The translations under genes were made by a program, and so were the position numbers. The notes under the pieces were generated by a model. That model ran no database searches. It was not told the DNA's origin and worked only from the letters and a program-made list of their open reading frames with translations. From Ramazzottius varieornatus (taxonomy: Eukaryota; Animalia; Tardigrada): a DNA stretch of 64,000 nucleotides. This document shows positions 12,605-25,327 of the stretch, piece by piece (position 1 is the stretch's first letter; every line of letters starts with the position of its first letter). Where the stretch lies: positions 372,001 to 436,000 of the forward strand of contig BDGG01000018.1 of assembly GCA_001949185.1 (NCBI GenBank), given 5' to 3'.

Positions 12605-15600
12605 TACGAGAAGGCGTGGCAAAGTTTCCCGGTTGCGCAATGTGCTCTGATTTTAGGCAAGGAAGCTTAAAATCCAGGATACAGTGCGGCATAACTTTGC
12701 TCGTCGGAGAAGGTTGTTGAGCAAGATTACAAATTGATTGACGGAAAAAACCGTGAAATGCGTCCGGGTAATCGTTGGCAACATTCTTCACTGTATAGTG
12801 GAATATGTGCAGTAGCATGCACATGGTTTTTTCACCTATTTTTATCACGAAGTTTACTGCATGCCAGAACTCAGCAATCACAACTTCGTAATTCCTCTGT
12901 GCCGAACACCGGTTCGCGCGGTAGTTTCCGCCGCCAGAATGGCGCCCAGTAATGTACGTAAATATAGACAGTGCTGACATGGCGGGAAACTGCCGCTCAG
13001 AACGATTGATGGAATTCGCTCCATATTTTAATCTACTGGGCTCGCTGAATTGTTCGCACTGCACTTGCAATAAAATTTCAAGCCGATCTAATTCCATCGT
13101 GATCAAATGTATGCTCCTTCATCGAACGTCAGTGAGCTTCGGGTATGAAATAAAGGGGCTGCATTTCTTCACGTCTCGTAGCTATTCGGAGGTGTCAAAT
13201 GTGTTCGGTGATGGATCATCCATATTGCAGGGACAGAAGCTGAAGTGGGTGGATTGACGAGTTTGACGCTCTTGTAAGCGCAATGGAGCAACATTGCCAA
13301 AGCAACAGGTCTATTGTTGGCTGACTATTCATTCTCTTCTTATCGCCTTGTTTGCTCAGTCGGCGGCCATCCGCACATTCTTCGCTGAGCGCTTGAATGC
13401 CACTGTGTATTTGCTGAAGAGTCAAGTTCTCAGCGGCCACTGCAGCTCTGTGCACAGATGAAAAAAATGTTCTTGTATCCAGGAAACAGGAGGTTTTTGC
13501 GCCGAAAAGTTTCAGACAATTTCAAGTACCATTTTTCCTGCTTGCTTCCTTCTAAAACATCATTTTTCGAATACCACGATAAACACATGACAAAACAGTA
13601 CGTCCTTGCAAATTGTACAGCGAATATTCTGTGAATAGAAGAGGTTGGAGTGTGCTCGCTGTTCATATGACGTGCATGGAGTATTTCGTTCTTTTTGTAT
13701 TCTGTAAACTGGAGCGGGTAATCAGATGGTTGATGGTAAGTAGGTCCATCTACAGTAGTATCGGACTGATTTCCGAGACGTCTCACCGATAACTGCCGGA
13801 CAGCACTAAAATAAGGCGGGTAAAGATTCACCACAGTGCAGAAGGTATGTAACGAAGTTATGTATAGTGCACTGGGGATTCACTAAATGGCGTACGAGTT
13901 CGTAGAGGGCGCCACATGTCACGTGATACAGTATCGATTTCCGTTTGGTAAGTACCTGAATCCAGACGATATGCCTGATGTTGTCCCACGGATCCCAGTC
14001 GTCGTTGGGGCCGCGGTTAGTGATGGTCAGTTTGCAACCTCCTATGGCTGAAAGCAGAACGCACACATTTCAGGAAAATCCGCCAGAGTCGAAGGCGCCA
14101 AAGCATCGCGGTGCTTGCTGTACGTCGGTTACTCCGTAACGTGCTTTGGCCATCTCTCTTCCTCAAACCGACTGGAAGCTTTAGAAGAAACTTTTCCCTG
14201 TCTCGCAAAGCCAAAAGAAGGTAGGCAGGTGTGACAGGTGCCTCGATACGAATGACCCCCCAATCACAACCCCAAAACAGCTGTGCAAGGAGCGAGGTCT
14301 TTACTTCGCTCACGTACGTTACAAGGCTCAAGAAACCTGGGCAAAGCTCGTAACGTATGGTGAGCAAAGTAAGACCTTGCTCCTCGTAGCCGGATTACGC
14401 CGTTTTTCTTGTGACGTACTTCGGAGATGATGTTGCTTCGGAAATGAATCTGTCGTGTATGGCTACGTGTTGATTTCAGTTGAATGATCGGGGTCACCGG
14501 CAATGTCCTAGCTACTGAACGTTCCAAAGCGTTGCAATATCTGAATTATAACTAATGTCAAGTCCTAAACTCTTGTTCGTTAGTGTTCTCGAAAATCTCT
14601 AGTCAAACATCTTCCAAATTTTTTGCACTGATGGGTTGTGGCCTGCAGACCTACCTATCGACATCATTTCTTGCTTTGGGCCGCATTGAAATCCCATTTG
14701 TATTTTTTATGATAGTTAAAGACTTGTGCCTTTCTGTTGTTACGGGCCATAATTGCATAGCAAAAGAACGCAGTGTTCTGTGTGGGGGTAAGCAAACTTG
14801 GAGGTCACTTTAATACCCTGATTACCACCGTACTCATTGTGAGTACAATACGGCAATTTTTCGCTCCCCATAACTTCCATTTTGCCCGGTTTGAATCAAA
14901 CTTTTTTTCTTTGCCTGGTCTGCGGTCTTATCACCGAAACGGAGCTGATGACCACTGGTCAGTACATCTTCCGCAGGCTGGAAAAACCCTTACGATTTCG
15001 GGCAGTTTCGGGGGTGTTTTAGGTTTCATGTCTTTGCTCGAGATACATACCTACCATCTGTTTAGAAAAAAATTGAAACATTGAGGAGAGCTTCCTCTAC
15101 CGATACAAGGCTTGGGACAAACTTGGTGTCATCGGTGCGTCCAGAAAAAAATCAAAACGGCCAGGACTACTTTTCCCAAGTTGGCCTTTGCGGCCTGTCA
15201 ATCTCAACAATTTCGAAATTCTGAAGTTGTCCATTGGTTAATTTGGGGTACGCCTTCCCTCTTCCTCCAGTCAAAGTTCTGTGCTCAAAGTGAGTACGAT
15301 GGTGATCTGCCGGCACAAAAAGCTTGGTCTTCAGGGTGTTAAAAGTGTTTACCTCCCATAACAGATACTACAGTTTGCTCAGATACCGCATTATGCTTAC
15401 ATGCACAACCAGGACCTTATAGAAATTTCCTTCCTCAATATCCTTTCCCTCAAATTTCTGCGTTTTATCCAAAAAAAGCAACAGTGGGAAGCCTTTTACA
15501 GATAGCTGTTGATTTTAGGGGCGAAGTGAAAATAGATGTATGCTGTTGTGCGCAGATCCAGCTTAGTAAACTTACCAGCCCTTCTTAATTTCGGCCTCCG

Positions 15601-16480
15601 TTCCCCCGTGACTTTCGCACTGGGCCGCAGGTCCAAAAGTACTGCGCACATTACCAGGTCGAAGTTCGCTGCGCTGTGCTGCAAAACTTTCATGCCCAGT
15701 GGCGCTGCACTGCAGATGCATTGACCTGGTGAAACTGCGCTGTACGCTGCCGTACTGACGTATTTATGGTTTTGTCGGCAAAATTGGTGGTAAACCTGGT
15801 ATTCGTGGCCCTCCAATCCAGCAACACTCAGATGCCTGAAGTTCGAATACCCAGAAGCTCCAATTTTTGTTGACTTTCGCTACGTGGATCTGCGCTGCTG
15901 TCTTCAGCTTCCTGCTGCATGCTGTGCTGTGCTGTTCTGCACAAGTTTCGTCGATTTGCGAACTGCAGCTGTGCTTCAGCACAGTTGCAGTACAGTACAG
16001 CACATGCGGCCACATTCTGTGCTCTACTAAGCTCCTCACACTTCGGAGGATGATGATGCTGCGATTTTGTTCATCGCTCATTGCAAAAAGTCAGCTACCG
16101 GTATTTGCTTAGGAGATAAAACAAGTTGCCACCTTTGAACGGTATCTTTTCCTCCAACACAGCAAGCTGCGAGCGAACCGAAGGCGAGCGCACAGCTTGT
16201 AAACGAGTATTTTATTGATATGATAAAAAATACTGGAGCCAAAACTAAATCAGATACAGGAAGAAACTGGACGTCTAGGGATGGCGAAGCTTTAGAGCGC
16301 ACCAGGTGAGCTCCTAAATATGTACTGAGATCAGGTTCATAAGAAAGAGCTAGCCTAAGATCTGTATCAATTTTCAAGACCGTTGACAGAACGGTCACCA
16401 CGGCCGAGATAGAATGACTGCTTAACCACAGTCGGGTTATCAGACAGAAAAACATGTGCATGGTGGAACAGTAGCTTCAC

Positions 16481-18509
16481 CTAACTGGGCGTCCCTACTC
16501 TGCGCATCCACCGTAAAACCTGGGGTTTTACTCTGAAGAAAGACAATTCCAGAAGCTCGCAGGCTTCACGTCGTTTGTCCGGGTCTTTCTGCAGGCAGCT
16601 GTCGAGCAACTCCTTTATTTCAGCACAACAGTTCACCGGCGGTGCAGCACGCCCGCCCTGAAGAATATATTCTGCAAAAAGGGATGCAACAGAACCGTAA
16701 TCATCTTCGAGCAGGACAGGGAACATAAGTGTGCTCTGCATCATTTCAGTAACGACCCAACCGACGCTAAATATATCAGATTTTCTGCCCACGTGAAGGT
16801 CTGTTGATCCAAAGCCGTGTTTAGCCAGCATCTGAGGTGCCATGGTGTTAATTGATCCACCGAATGTTACTCCGTTTGGCAGGGTATCATGTGACTGTAG
16901 TCGCTGGCTTCTGTCGAAGTCGCCTATTCTAAGGATACTTTCCTCTCGCTTTATACAGGATAAAAAGAGTTTACAGCTGGCGGTGTCTTTATGAACGATT
17001 TCCTTTTCATGGAGATACTGAATACCGAGAAGCAGGTGTTTGCTCCATTTTTGAAACTCTTCGGGGGAAGGTGAAGTCTGTACCGCCATCTTCTGAGTGG
17101 GATCTACAAAGTGATATCGATGTGTTTCAATATTCTCTTTGTTGGGAACGATAATGGTGGGTACTTATTGTGGCAAAGGTGAAAATTATAGGGTAAACTT
17201 AACAGCGCACAACTCCTTAATGACGAAATACTATGGAATTGGCAAATCAATCTTACTCGGCAATTCGCGCTGAAATCCCAGATGTTTAACAACATTTACT
17301 TGAGCATTCTGCTTCTCCTTGTCCGTATCGTCAAAATGTCTGTTCACTGCGATCGGTGTCCTCGTGGCGATATCTATGGAGCTGTGCACATACACACCAG
17401 GTTGTCCTGAGTGGAATTCACCTGACAGCTCAAAACCTATGAATCGGCGTTCTTGCAACGCAGCTCGATCCAAATCTTCCATAATGGACGTAGATCTCCA
17501 GTCAACTTTATCAGTCTTGAAGACGAGAAAATTGTGCATGTTTTCCAGAAACGGTCGAGCTGATGCTTCCAGCCGAAGACAGTGTGAATGAGAACGTCTG
17601 AGTTCTTGGGGTCAGTGCTGCGGAATGGATGGTTTCCATAAGGACTTAACGTTTCTCAAAAGGTCTGGTTCACAGTGAAAGCTTTTGGATCGTGGAGCTG
17701 GTGTTTCCATATGGATGTCGAACACGTGACTAAGTGAAACAGTATGCACCCGTACTCGAAGACGCATTTACGCCAGCCTGCTCTATTCGCACGCGCCGTC
17801 CCACAGCGGACTATGTCTGTTTCCACAATGTGGGTTTTCAGCGGGTTGAGCTCTTATTAGTGTCAGATTTGAATCCGGCGGTCCTTGGGAATCGAATCCA
17901 TAAATTTTCAAGACGCACCGTTGGAAACGGCTAAGACAGATTACGACGCCATCACAATTCACTTTTGCGGACATGATGGCTCTGATTTGCATGTTGACCA
18001 AACCGGCCAAAATCTGTCCGACCCAGCATCTTATGTCAGTGGTCGACAGTCGTTGGTTGAAGAGAAAACTTCCCAGGGGAAAGCCTATAGCAAAGACGAT
18101 CACAGGGCTGCGGAATAAAATACGGAGCTTTTATTATGGTCTACATTGAATGACTGTTATCATGTCCCAGCTCTCAAGCAGAAGCTCGATATCTATCCCG
18201 CACAGGCTGACAATGCTGGAGGTAATAACGCGCTGGCATGTCGTAGCTTCTGCCCTGGTAAACGATATACGGCTGGATGTTCCTCGAAGTGGTGGAATAT
18301 TACGGCAGCCATAAGGGTTTCTCCCCGGAATCTGAAAATTGATAGATTATGCCAGCGAGACCGTTTTCGACAAACCGAAAGAGAGTTGTTCGAAAATGAT
18401 TGAGGAGTTGTACAGCTCGAACGGGCCAAGTGAGTACTACCAATAATATCAGGGCGATCTCGGCCCGGTTTTCGCTAAACTTCCAAACTAGCTTACTGAA
18501 AATAGTCAA
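16481..18509 (-). pseudogene. Degenerate, apparently intronless gene with two successive protein-kinase-like (MAP3K/STE-like) domains
   Basis: 16481-17089: GIQYLHEKEIVHKD, LRIGDFD, GSINTMAPQ, KSDIFSVG, LLDSCLQKDPDKRREACELL. N-lobe-like piece at 17231-17539 in another frame. A second, more decayed domain at 17783-18430 (WVGQILAGLVNMQ...VLKIYGFD). Pieces are separated by frameshifts and stops. Confidence 0.7.
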
Positions 18510-19526
18510 ACAGAGACTGAGCTAGAGATAAAGTGGTCAGCAGCGTGAATTTACAGTTCAGGACAAGAGCAACAATTATCGCCATACAGGGAGATTTCCC
18601 GGTCAAAATGACCGTTATACTGCACTTGTCAAAGCGGTTTGGCGTTTCTGTGATGTTTTCTGGCTTCAAATGATGATCCAGAGAAGCTTAAGTGCGCTAG
18701 CATTCAATCCGGGCGTGATAACTGGATATCGAGTCTTGAAGATAAAGTTTTGTTCGGGACAACCTGTCTTCCCTACCGGAAGTCATACTGACGAAATTTG
18801 CCAAACTATCTTTCAGCCGATTTGAATTTTCTGTATCTCGATCGGTGGAAAGAGCTTGAAAAAGTTTACGAAAAGTGTGAAGGATTGGACGGAAAAGACA
18901 TGGATTGATTTTTCCCATAGAACTTGTTTTGAGTGGTAGTCACTTGGCCTGTTAGGGTTGTATCATTGGGACGCATTTGAGTTGGACGCGTCTTCGCTTT
19001 GGCGGCACTCTTCCTGGACCAGTAGAGCGCTAGTGCAGGTGACGAAGTCTATCTCTGCCGGGGCGTATAAAATTACTGTATTGTCTCGTGAAACTCACAC
19101 CTGGCGTCATGGTACAGGTGGAGTTAATCTCGGGTCCGTGAAAGGGACACTTGGTGCTCCCTCCAGGGTACGTTCCTCGTACTTGTTCGAAGAGAGCGAG
19201 TTTTACGAGGTGACAGTAAGCTACCAGGTACAACTGCCCACTGACACGAAAGTATGGTGAGTAAACTTACCAGGGTCGTCGACATTTTCTACACTTCCAC
19301 GTACAGTACTTGGACGAACATCACCATCAAAGACCGAAATGGTGGATGACAATCTTGTGAAACGGTCATAATTTATGTTTAACTCGTGGGGACCGAATGG
19401 CCGTTACAGAAAGTTGAGATCAGCTCTTGGTCATCCCGCTACCGGAGAAGATCAGCTGATAGGATCTCTAATACCCATAATGTACGGCCCTTTACGGAGT
19501 CGTACGCGTGAATCAGTCCCGGGTAG

Positions 19527-19703
19527 CGAGAACGCGGCAGTCGGGCTGATCAGCGATCAGCCGTCAATCTGTCGAATGTGGCCACACCCGATCCAGATGA
19601 TCAAGTAACCAACGGGACATCAGCATTACCGTTTCCGGTGTATCACGTAAATGTTCGGCTGATTGACAGCTAATCGCTGATTAGCCCGACTGCCGCGTTC
19701 TTG
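19527..19703. mobile_element. MITE-like element (~177 bp) with ~50-bp imperfect TIRs
   Basis: AGAACGCGGCAGTCGGGCTGATCAGCGATCAGCCGTCAATC recurs as its reverse complement at ~19660-19702; no clear TSD. Confidence 0.65.
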
Positions 19704-20168
19704 ATGCCGTCTGCGTCTGCGTCTGCTAATTGAGTTAGACGATTAGTACAAGCGCCTGACCTAGTTACCGGCCTGGACAAAATTTCGGTGTTTAGCTCAC
19801 CGCGCGTTCAGAGCGGTACCAGGAATAATTCGTGAGATCTTGGTTCTGTACAAGCGCTTGGCCTAATTACGAGCATGGAAAATATCTCCGGTCCCCGGCC
19901 GAAAGCGGCAGCGATTCGATTGATTGATCAGTTTGGCTGGCACCTAAAGCTAAACACCGAGGAGAAAAACTCGAGAGGCATAGCTTCGTTGCAAAACCAG
20001 TGGCAGAAAGCTACCGAATGAGGCTGGTAACGAGAAAAGTAGTAAACGTGCATTCTCTTCCAGTTTATATCTCCGGCTGCTAACAATGAAATACAGCCTT
20101 CAACGAAGTTTACTATGTTAAAATTTTCCAGCTCCCACATAGGACCGAAAGTTTGCCAGCGATAGACG

Positions 20169-20640
20169 CTAGTCTATCTCACTATCTACACCTAGGACAT
20201 ATAAAACCTCTTTCAGACGGCGAGAGAAAGAAAAAGTACCCAAAACGCATGCCGCATTACCCCGCTGTATATCAATGCTGACACGCGGCGTAAAGATTCA
20301 GATGATCTCTCTTCCTTCGTGTGGTCTGTCATGCTTCTTCCGATATCTTTCAGGAAACCAGACGCCGCTGGTTCGGAAGTACCGTACTGTAATGCTTCTT
20401 GAACTTCGCGAACTAACGTCACAATACGCGAAGAGTTACGGAATACGGATGTGACGACGCGTACAGCACACGCCTGCTATGAAGAAATTCCCGAAGTTCA
20501 AGAAGCATTAAACTACATCTCGGACCCAACAGGACAAAAGAAACATTTACCTTATGGCCTTTGATACGGCGCGTTCTTAAGATCCTATGCCCTGCTAGCC
20601 GCGTATCCGCTTCTGCGATGATCCGTCGACACAGTGGTTC
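20169..20640 (-). mobile_element. 3' fragment of a CRE-clade non-LTR retrotransposon (C-terminus of the RLE region)
   Basis: Frameshifted translation GFLKDIGR...RVSIDIQRGNAACVLGTF...EVLYVLGVDSEID* matches the ends of the copies at 40148 and 49886. DNA similarity with 50070-50180 (GCCCTGCTAGCCGCGTATCC). Confidence 0.8.
20387..20513. mobile_element. 127-bp TA-inserting MITE nested in the CRE fragment
   Basis: Inverted repeat TAATGCTTCTTGAACTTCG, TA on both sides. Removing it restores the frame VGSEMYGTSEP (cf. VGFETY in the 49886 copy). Confidence 0.75.
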
Positions 20641-20867
20641 ACCTCGAAGGCTTGAGGGGTCGGCAAATTTTTCGGAGCGCATGTTAAGGCATTGATCGGG
20701 CCGTGTTTCCGAAACTTGGCCCTGTCCTTGAGCGCGGTATTTTATCCAGTCGGTGAGAACGAATCACGCATAGACTGCAGGCCCAAGTGCCGAAACGCAT
20801 GCCAACCGTACGGAAACTCAAAAGTTACACTTTTCGCTCAGTTCTACAATGGCCGAAACTACACATA

Positions 20868-21736
20868 CGAAACCTGACTTCCAGCTGGTACTGTTGCAGC
20901 TGGTACTGTTGCAGCCGGTACTGTTGCAGCTGGTACTGTTGCAGCTGGTACTGTTGCAGCTGGTACTGTTGCAGCTGGTACTGTTGCAGCTGGTACTGTT
21001 GCAGCTGGTACTGTTGCAGCTGGTACTGTTGCAGCTGGTACTGTTGCAGCTGGTACTGTTGCAGCCGGTACTGTTGCAGCTGGTACTGTTGCAGCTGGTA
21101 CTGTTGCAGCTGGTACTGTTGCAGCTGGTACTGTTGCAGCTGGTACTGTTGCAGCTGGTACTGTTGCAGCTGGTACTGTTGCAGCCGGTACTGTTGCAGC
21201 TGGTACTGTTGCAGCCGGTACTGTTGCAGCTGGTACTGTTGCAGCCGGTACTGTTGCAGCCGGTACTGTTGCAGCCGGTACTGTTGCAGCCGGTACTGTT
21301 GCAGCCGGTACTGTTGCAGCCGGTACTGTTGCAGCCGGTACTGTTGCAGCCGGTACTGTTGCAGCCGGTACTGTTGCAGCCGGTACTGTTGCAGCCGGTA
21401 CTGTTGCAGCCGGTACTGTTGCAGCCGGTACTGTTGCAGCCGGTACTGTTGCAGCCGGTACTTTTGTAGGCTACTTCTGTACTCCTAATGACAGTTGTCA
21501 TCTTCTTTTGAATATTGCTAGCTTCTCTCGTTACAGTATAACAGATGCTGTACATCTGTTCTCTCATTAAGAAAGGAACTCTCTCCTTCCGTCGGTGTTC
21601 AAGACTTCGCAACAAGTGAACACGCATTCAAACGTACCAGCTTCTCTCTTCGAGCCATACTAAGCCGGCTCCAGTGTGTAAGAAGCTACACTGTTCCAGC
21701 TGGTACAAAACAGCACCAGCTGGAAGTCAGGTTTCG
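20868..21736. mobile_element. Tc1/mariner-type MITE containing a minisatellite
   Basis: TIR CGAAACCTGACTTCCAGCTGGT(A/G)CTGTT at both ends; TA TSD at 20866-67 and 21737-38. Confidence 0.85.
20882..21466. repeat. Minisatellite, 39 x 15 bp, unit CAGC(T/C)GGTACTGTTG
   Basis: Directly visible tandem array; T variant dominates the 5' part, C variant the 3' part. Confidence 0.98.
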
Positions 21737-22205
21737 TATAACTTAGACTTTCAGTTTCCACACGACTGGCACGACCCATGTCGAAGTGTTGAGGTTGGAT
21801 ATGTGATACTTCTGCGATAAACTCTTCTACCGTCTTTGTGTAAGTTATCTGCAAAGATCGCTTTTTCGGACGATTGAGAGACTGCAGGAGAACAACTGCT
21901 CCTACGGAACAACTGAGCGCCAACATGCAGATGGTCTTTAGGGAAGACGGCGATCCAAAACGCTTACGCTGATGAACCAATCTTCTTGCTGTTTCAACGC
22001 AGTTGTTATCCGCGTAGAGGTGTACCAATGTATCCGCTGCACTATTGATCAACATTTGGTACAAGAACAAGCGCAGGGTGGATTTATGTCACGATCGACT
22101 GAGCCTTTGGAGGCCGATGCAGTGTGCCAAAGCATGAGTGTCTTCTGCAAAAGCAGGAGGTGCACGCGAGTAACACAGGAGGAATTAGCTGAACTCAGTA
22201 ATCTA

Positions 22206-23871
22206 CAGTCAGCGCCATGGGTCATCGTCAGGCCAGCTTATTTTCACCATTCTTGGTGTCAGTTCCGATCCTCCGGACGGATATGCAAAATTGTTTTTTC
22301 CCCTGACTCGCAAAACATTCTTCATGATGCATATACATTAGAACCAAAGATTCAAGTAAAACAGTAGCTTTGCTTTGGAGACCCAAAAACTGTCAGAATC
22401 GGTAATACCCATCTTCACCGTCATCGGAAATACAAAAATCAATAATATAGTGACCACAAGTCTGCCCAACGTGAAATTTTTTCTGCATGTATTAGGATGT
22501 ACGGAACGTGTTTTAACGCGTTTGGAACAGTCGATTTCTTTCTCTCAAACTTTAGCAAAAAATCGTTAGAAATGTCTCCCCCGAGATCTGAACACCCTCT
22601 TGAAATTCGAAAACTTGATTTACCACCATCGGAATAACGTGGGAGCCAGTGAACCAGCTCGTCGAGCATGTCTTCCAAGAAGTACAGTTCGAAGTATGAT
22701 CGAAAAGTTCGAGAAGACTGGATCAGCGGAGGTGAAACGGCGGCCGGGACCGATTCGGAAGACCACTGCTATTATTGATCGGACCATTGTGCGTAAAGCG
22801 CAGAAGGATCGACGTATTTCTGCAAGTAAGATTCAAGCAGAGATCAAGGCTGATCATTCCGTCGACATTTCAAAGACGACAATCAGGCGCCGGATCCATG
22901 AACGAGGTATGTTTGGAAGAGTAGCTCGAAAGAGACCCTTCGTGAGCTATGCCAGCAGAATGAAGCGTCTGAAATTCGTCATGCGGTACGGGACAAAGCC
23001 ACAAACGTTTTGGGATAACGTGCTGTGGTCGGACGAGACCAAAATCAACTTGTTCGGGTCGGACGGAATGGTGAGAGTGTGGAGAAAGCCGGGTGAGGAA
23101 TGTGCGCCAAGTTGCACGGTACCAACAGTAAAGCATGGCGGCGGTCGGCTGATGTTTTGGGGATGTTTCAGCGCAAAAGGTGTGGGAAATTTGGCTGTAA
23201 TCAATGGAAATATGAATGGGCCCATGTATCGAGACATTATGGACAAGAACGTGCTACAGTCGGCGAAAAAACTGAATTTGAAGAAGGGATGGCATTACCA
23301 GCACGACAACGATCCCAAACATACTTCCTTCGTTGCCCGAGATTGGATCGTTGAAAAGAAGCTTAAAGTGTTGGAGTGGGCTCCCTATTCACTGGACCTC
23401 AACCCTATCGAGCATTTGTGGTCTGAAGTCAAGCGACAGCTGAAAGAAAGACATCCTTCGAACCTGGAAGAGCTGGAAGGAACCGTCAAGAAAATTTGGT
23501 ATGGGATGGATCCGGCAATCTGCGCAAAGTTGGTCCGATCCATTCCAAACCGACTTCAGAAGCTGAAAGAAAACCGGGGCTTTCCAACGAAGTATTGAGA
23601 TACCGGCGCGTAACGAGAAAGTTTTGTGAAAATAATTTTTATCGGGAGGTAATAGAAGATTTCCTAGGTGGCTAATTTTCAGAGCTATTTGGAAAAAAAA
23701 AATTTTTCTCTTTCCCAGTTTAGCTTTCCTGCTTTGTCTTAACATTCCTAGATGGGAAATAGTTTGAACTAACTGTACGTAAAGTTTCAAGCGATTTGAA
23801 ACTCCCGTCCTTGAGCTTCACCAGAAATAGCGGAAACAAGCGGGCCTGACGATGACCCATGGCACTGAGTG
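22206..23871 (+). mobile_element. Tc1-family DNA transposon, full length (1666 bp)
   Basis: TIR CA(G/C)TCAG(C/T)GCCATGGGTCATCGTCAGGCC, TA TSDs (22204-05, 23872-73), internal transposase. Confidence 0.95.
22572..23598 (+). pseudogene. Tc1 DD34E transposase, apparently frameshifted near the N-terminus
   Basis: WSDETK, TVKHGGG.LMFWGCF, QHDNDPKH, SLDLNPIEHLW (34 residues between D2 and E). The probable ATG at 22572 (MSPPRSEHPLEIR) is out of frame with the 22600-23598 ORF at an A4 run near 22610. Confidence 0.9.
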
Positions 23872-24229
23872 TAACAGATAAGATATCGCAGAAGCCGGAT
23901 CAAGGATAGTGGCAGCAGTCATGCTATCAAACCTCTGAAGCTAAACATAGCTCGTATGCAACATGTCATGAGGCGTGCGACTCTATCTTAGCTTGTTAGT
24001 CTTTCTACGAGCTTCCTGCGCACTCCATGGTACACTTATGAAACAAATTTCGTGTGCCAGGAGGCGGCAGCAGAACGGAGAATTCACATTACGGTACAGA
24101 AGTTGACACCATATAGTTAGACAGCAAACCTAGCACAGCATTGATTGACTGAGACCATTCAATTTCACCCAGCTAATGTGTCGCTTCAGCCAGGCTTTGG
24201 CCACTGTATATGGGTGACCGAACCGATGT

Positions 24230-24406
24230 CTGTTCCGTCAAACAGAAGCTCTAAATCTTGCAGTAATTTCGAAAACTGCTTTTCTTATCCCATCTTGTGG
24301 AGAAAGTACAACCTCATCGAACCTGAAAATGCCGCAAACACAATAAAAAACAATTCTTGAAAGTTTGAATAAATTCTAGATGTAGGGTTTCTGTTTGACG
24401 CTACCC
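24230..24406. mobile_element. Short Sola-like MITE abutting the next element
   Basis: CGTCAAACAGAAGCTCTAAATCT (~24236) is inverted to TAGGGTTTCTGTTTGACGCTACCC (~24383-24406); same TIR family as 24411-25327. Left boundary approximate. Confidence 0.55.
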
Positions 24407-24410
24407 ATTT

Positions 24411-25327
24411 GGGTAGTGTCAAGTAGAAACCCTAAATCATGAATTTTTTCCAACTGTTCAGGAATCGACTTTTTGTGTCTGGGCACCTGAGGGCGATCTG
24501 AGGGTTCCTGTACGATGCGATAGAGCAGCTCAAGAGCTTTTTATCGCGCTTTACAGAAATTTTATCGGAATTATGAGACGGAAGATATTGACGGGGCAAC
24601 CAAGGGTGAGAAAATAGAACTGAAATATGCTTTGAAACTGAACACTAGAATTGCGATCACGTTTGAAAACGCAAATGAGATAGGAACTTACAAAACAGGC
24701 ACAAAATACCATAAAAGGTTGAAGTGTGACAGTGAGGAGTTGAGGTAATACATTTGTAATTATTCCTCGTCGAGTCCCCCATTGCTTTCGTTTTCCGAAT
24801 CTTCGTCCATCGGCTCTTTGTACATTGACTTAACGTGAGCGATCCGTTCTTCTTGCTTGCCAGAGGATACGAACTGGGTAATCTCGTCGATGAGTTGGTT
24901 CTTGCGGATCTCGTCAAGACCTGCAACGCGGAGCTCTCTCGGGGTAGGCCTCTCGTCTACGCGCTTTTGACGTTCTGCCTGAGTGTCCTTCTTTACTCTC
25001 TTTTTGTGATTGTATTCGAGGACCAGCTCTTTCTCTGCGTCCCCTTCGACAGCGCAGTGACGGAGCTTTACACCTTGATCTTCGCTTTTGAAGAGCCGGA
25101 AAAAAATCTCCACATTTGCATAATTTTAGGGAAAAACAGTGTCATTCAGGGGTTTTTTTTTCTTCCCAAGGGCGACGAAATTTCAACTTTTTTTTGCCGG
25201 CTTCTTTGTGTGCGGCTTTTTGCGGCATTTTGGAGTTCGATGTTTTTGTTTTTTTTCTACAAGATAGGCTAAGAAAAGCACATTTCGGAATTTTCGCATG
25301 ATTTAGGGTTTCTACTTGACAGTACCC
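24411..25327 (-). mobile_element. Non-autonomous DNA transposon with GGG...CCC termini and 4-bp TSD (Sola-like), carrying a possible transposase C-terminal remnant (24760-25113)
   Basis: ~30-bp TIR GGGTA(G/C)TGTCAAGTAGAAACCCTAAATCATG, ATTT on both sides. Superfamily inferred from TSD length and GRG termini. Confidence 0.8.

Noticed and set aside
12605-13178. Possible mariner MITE (TACGAGA...TCTCGTA)
   Set aside because: Only 7 bp of terminal match.
13200-16460. Short minus-strand ORFs downstream of the kinase pseudogene
   Set aside because: No recognisable motif or consistent splice model; could be decayed coding DNA but unsupported.
18958-19608. Coding-looking + strand ORFs
   Set aside because: No family recognised and no complete gene model.
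20882-21466. Regular repeat array as a CRISPR
   Set aside because: Head-to-tail 15-mers with no spacers, no cas genes, eukaryotic context.
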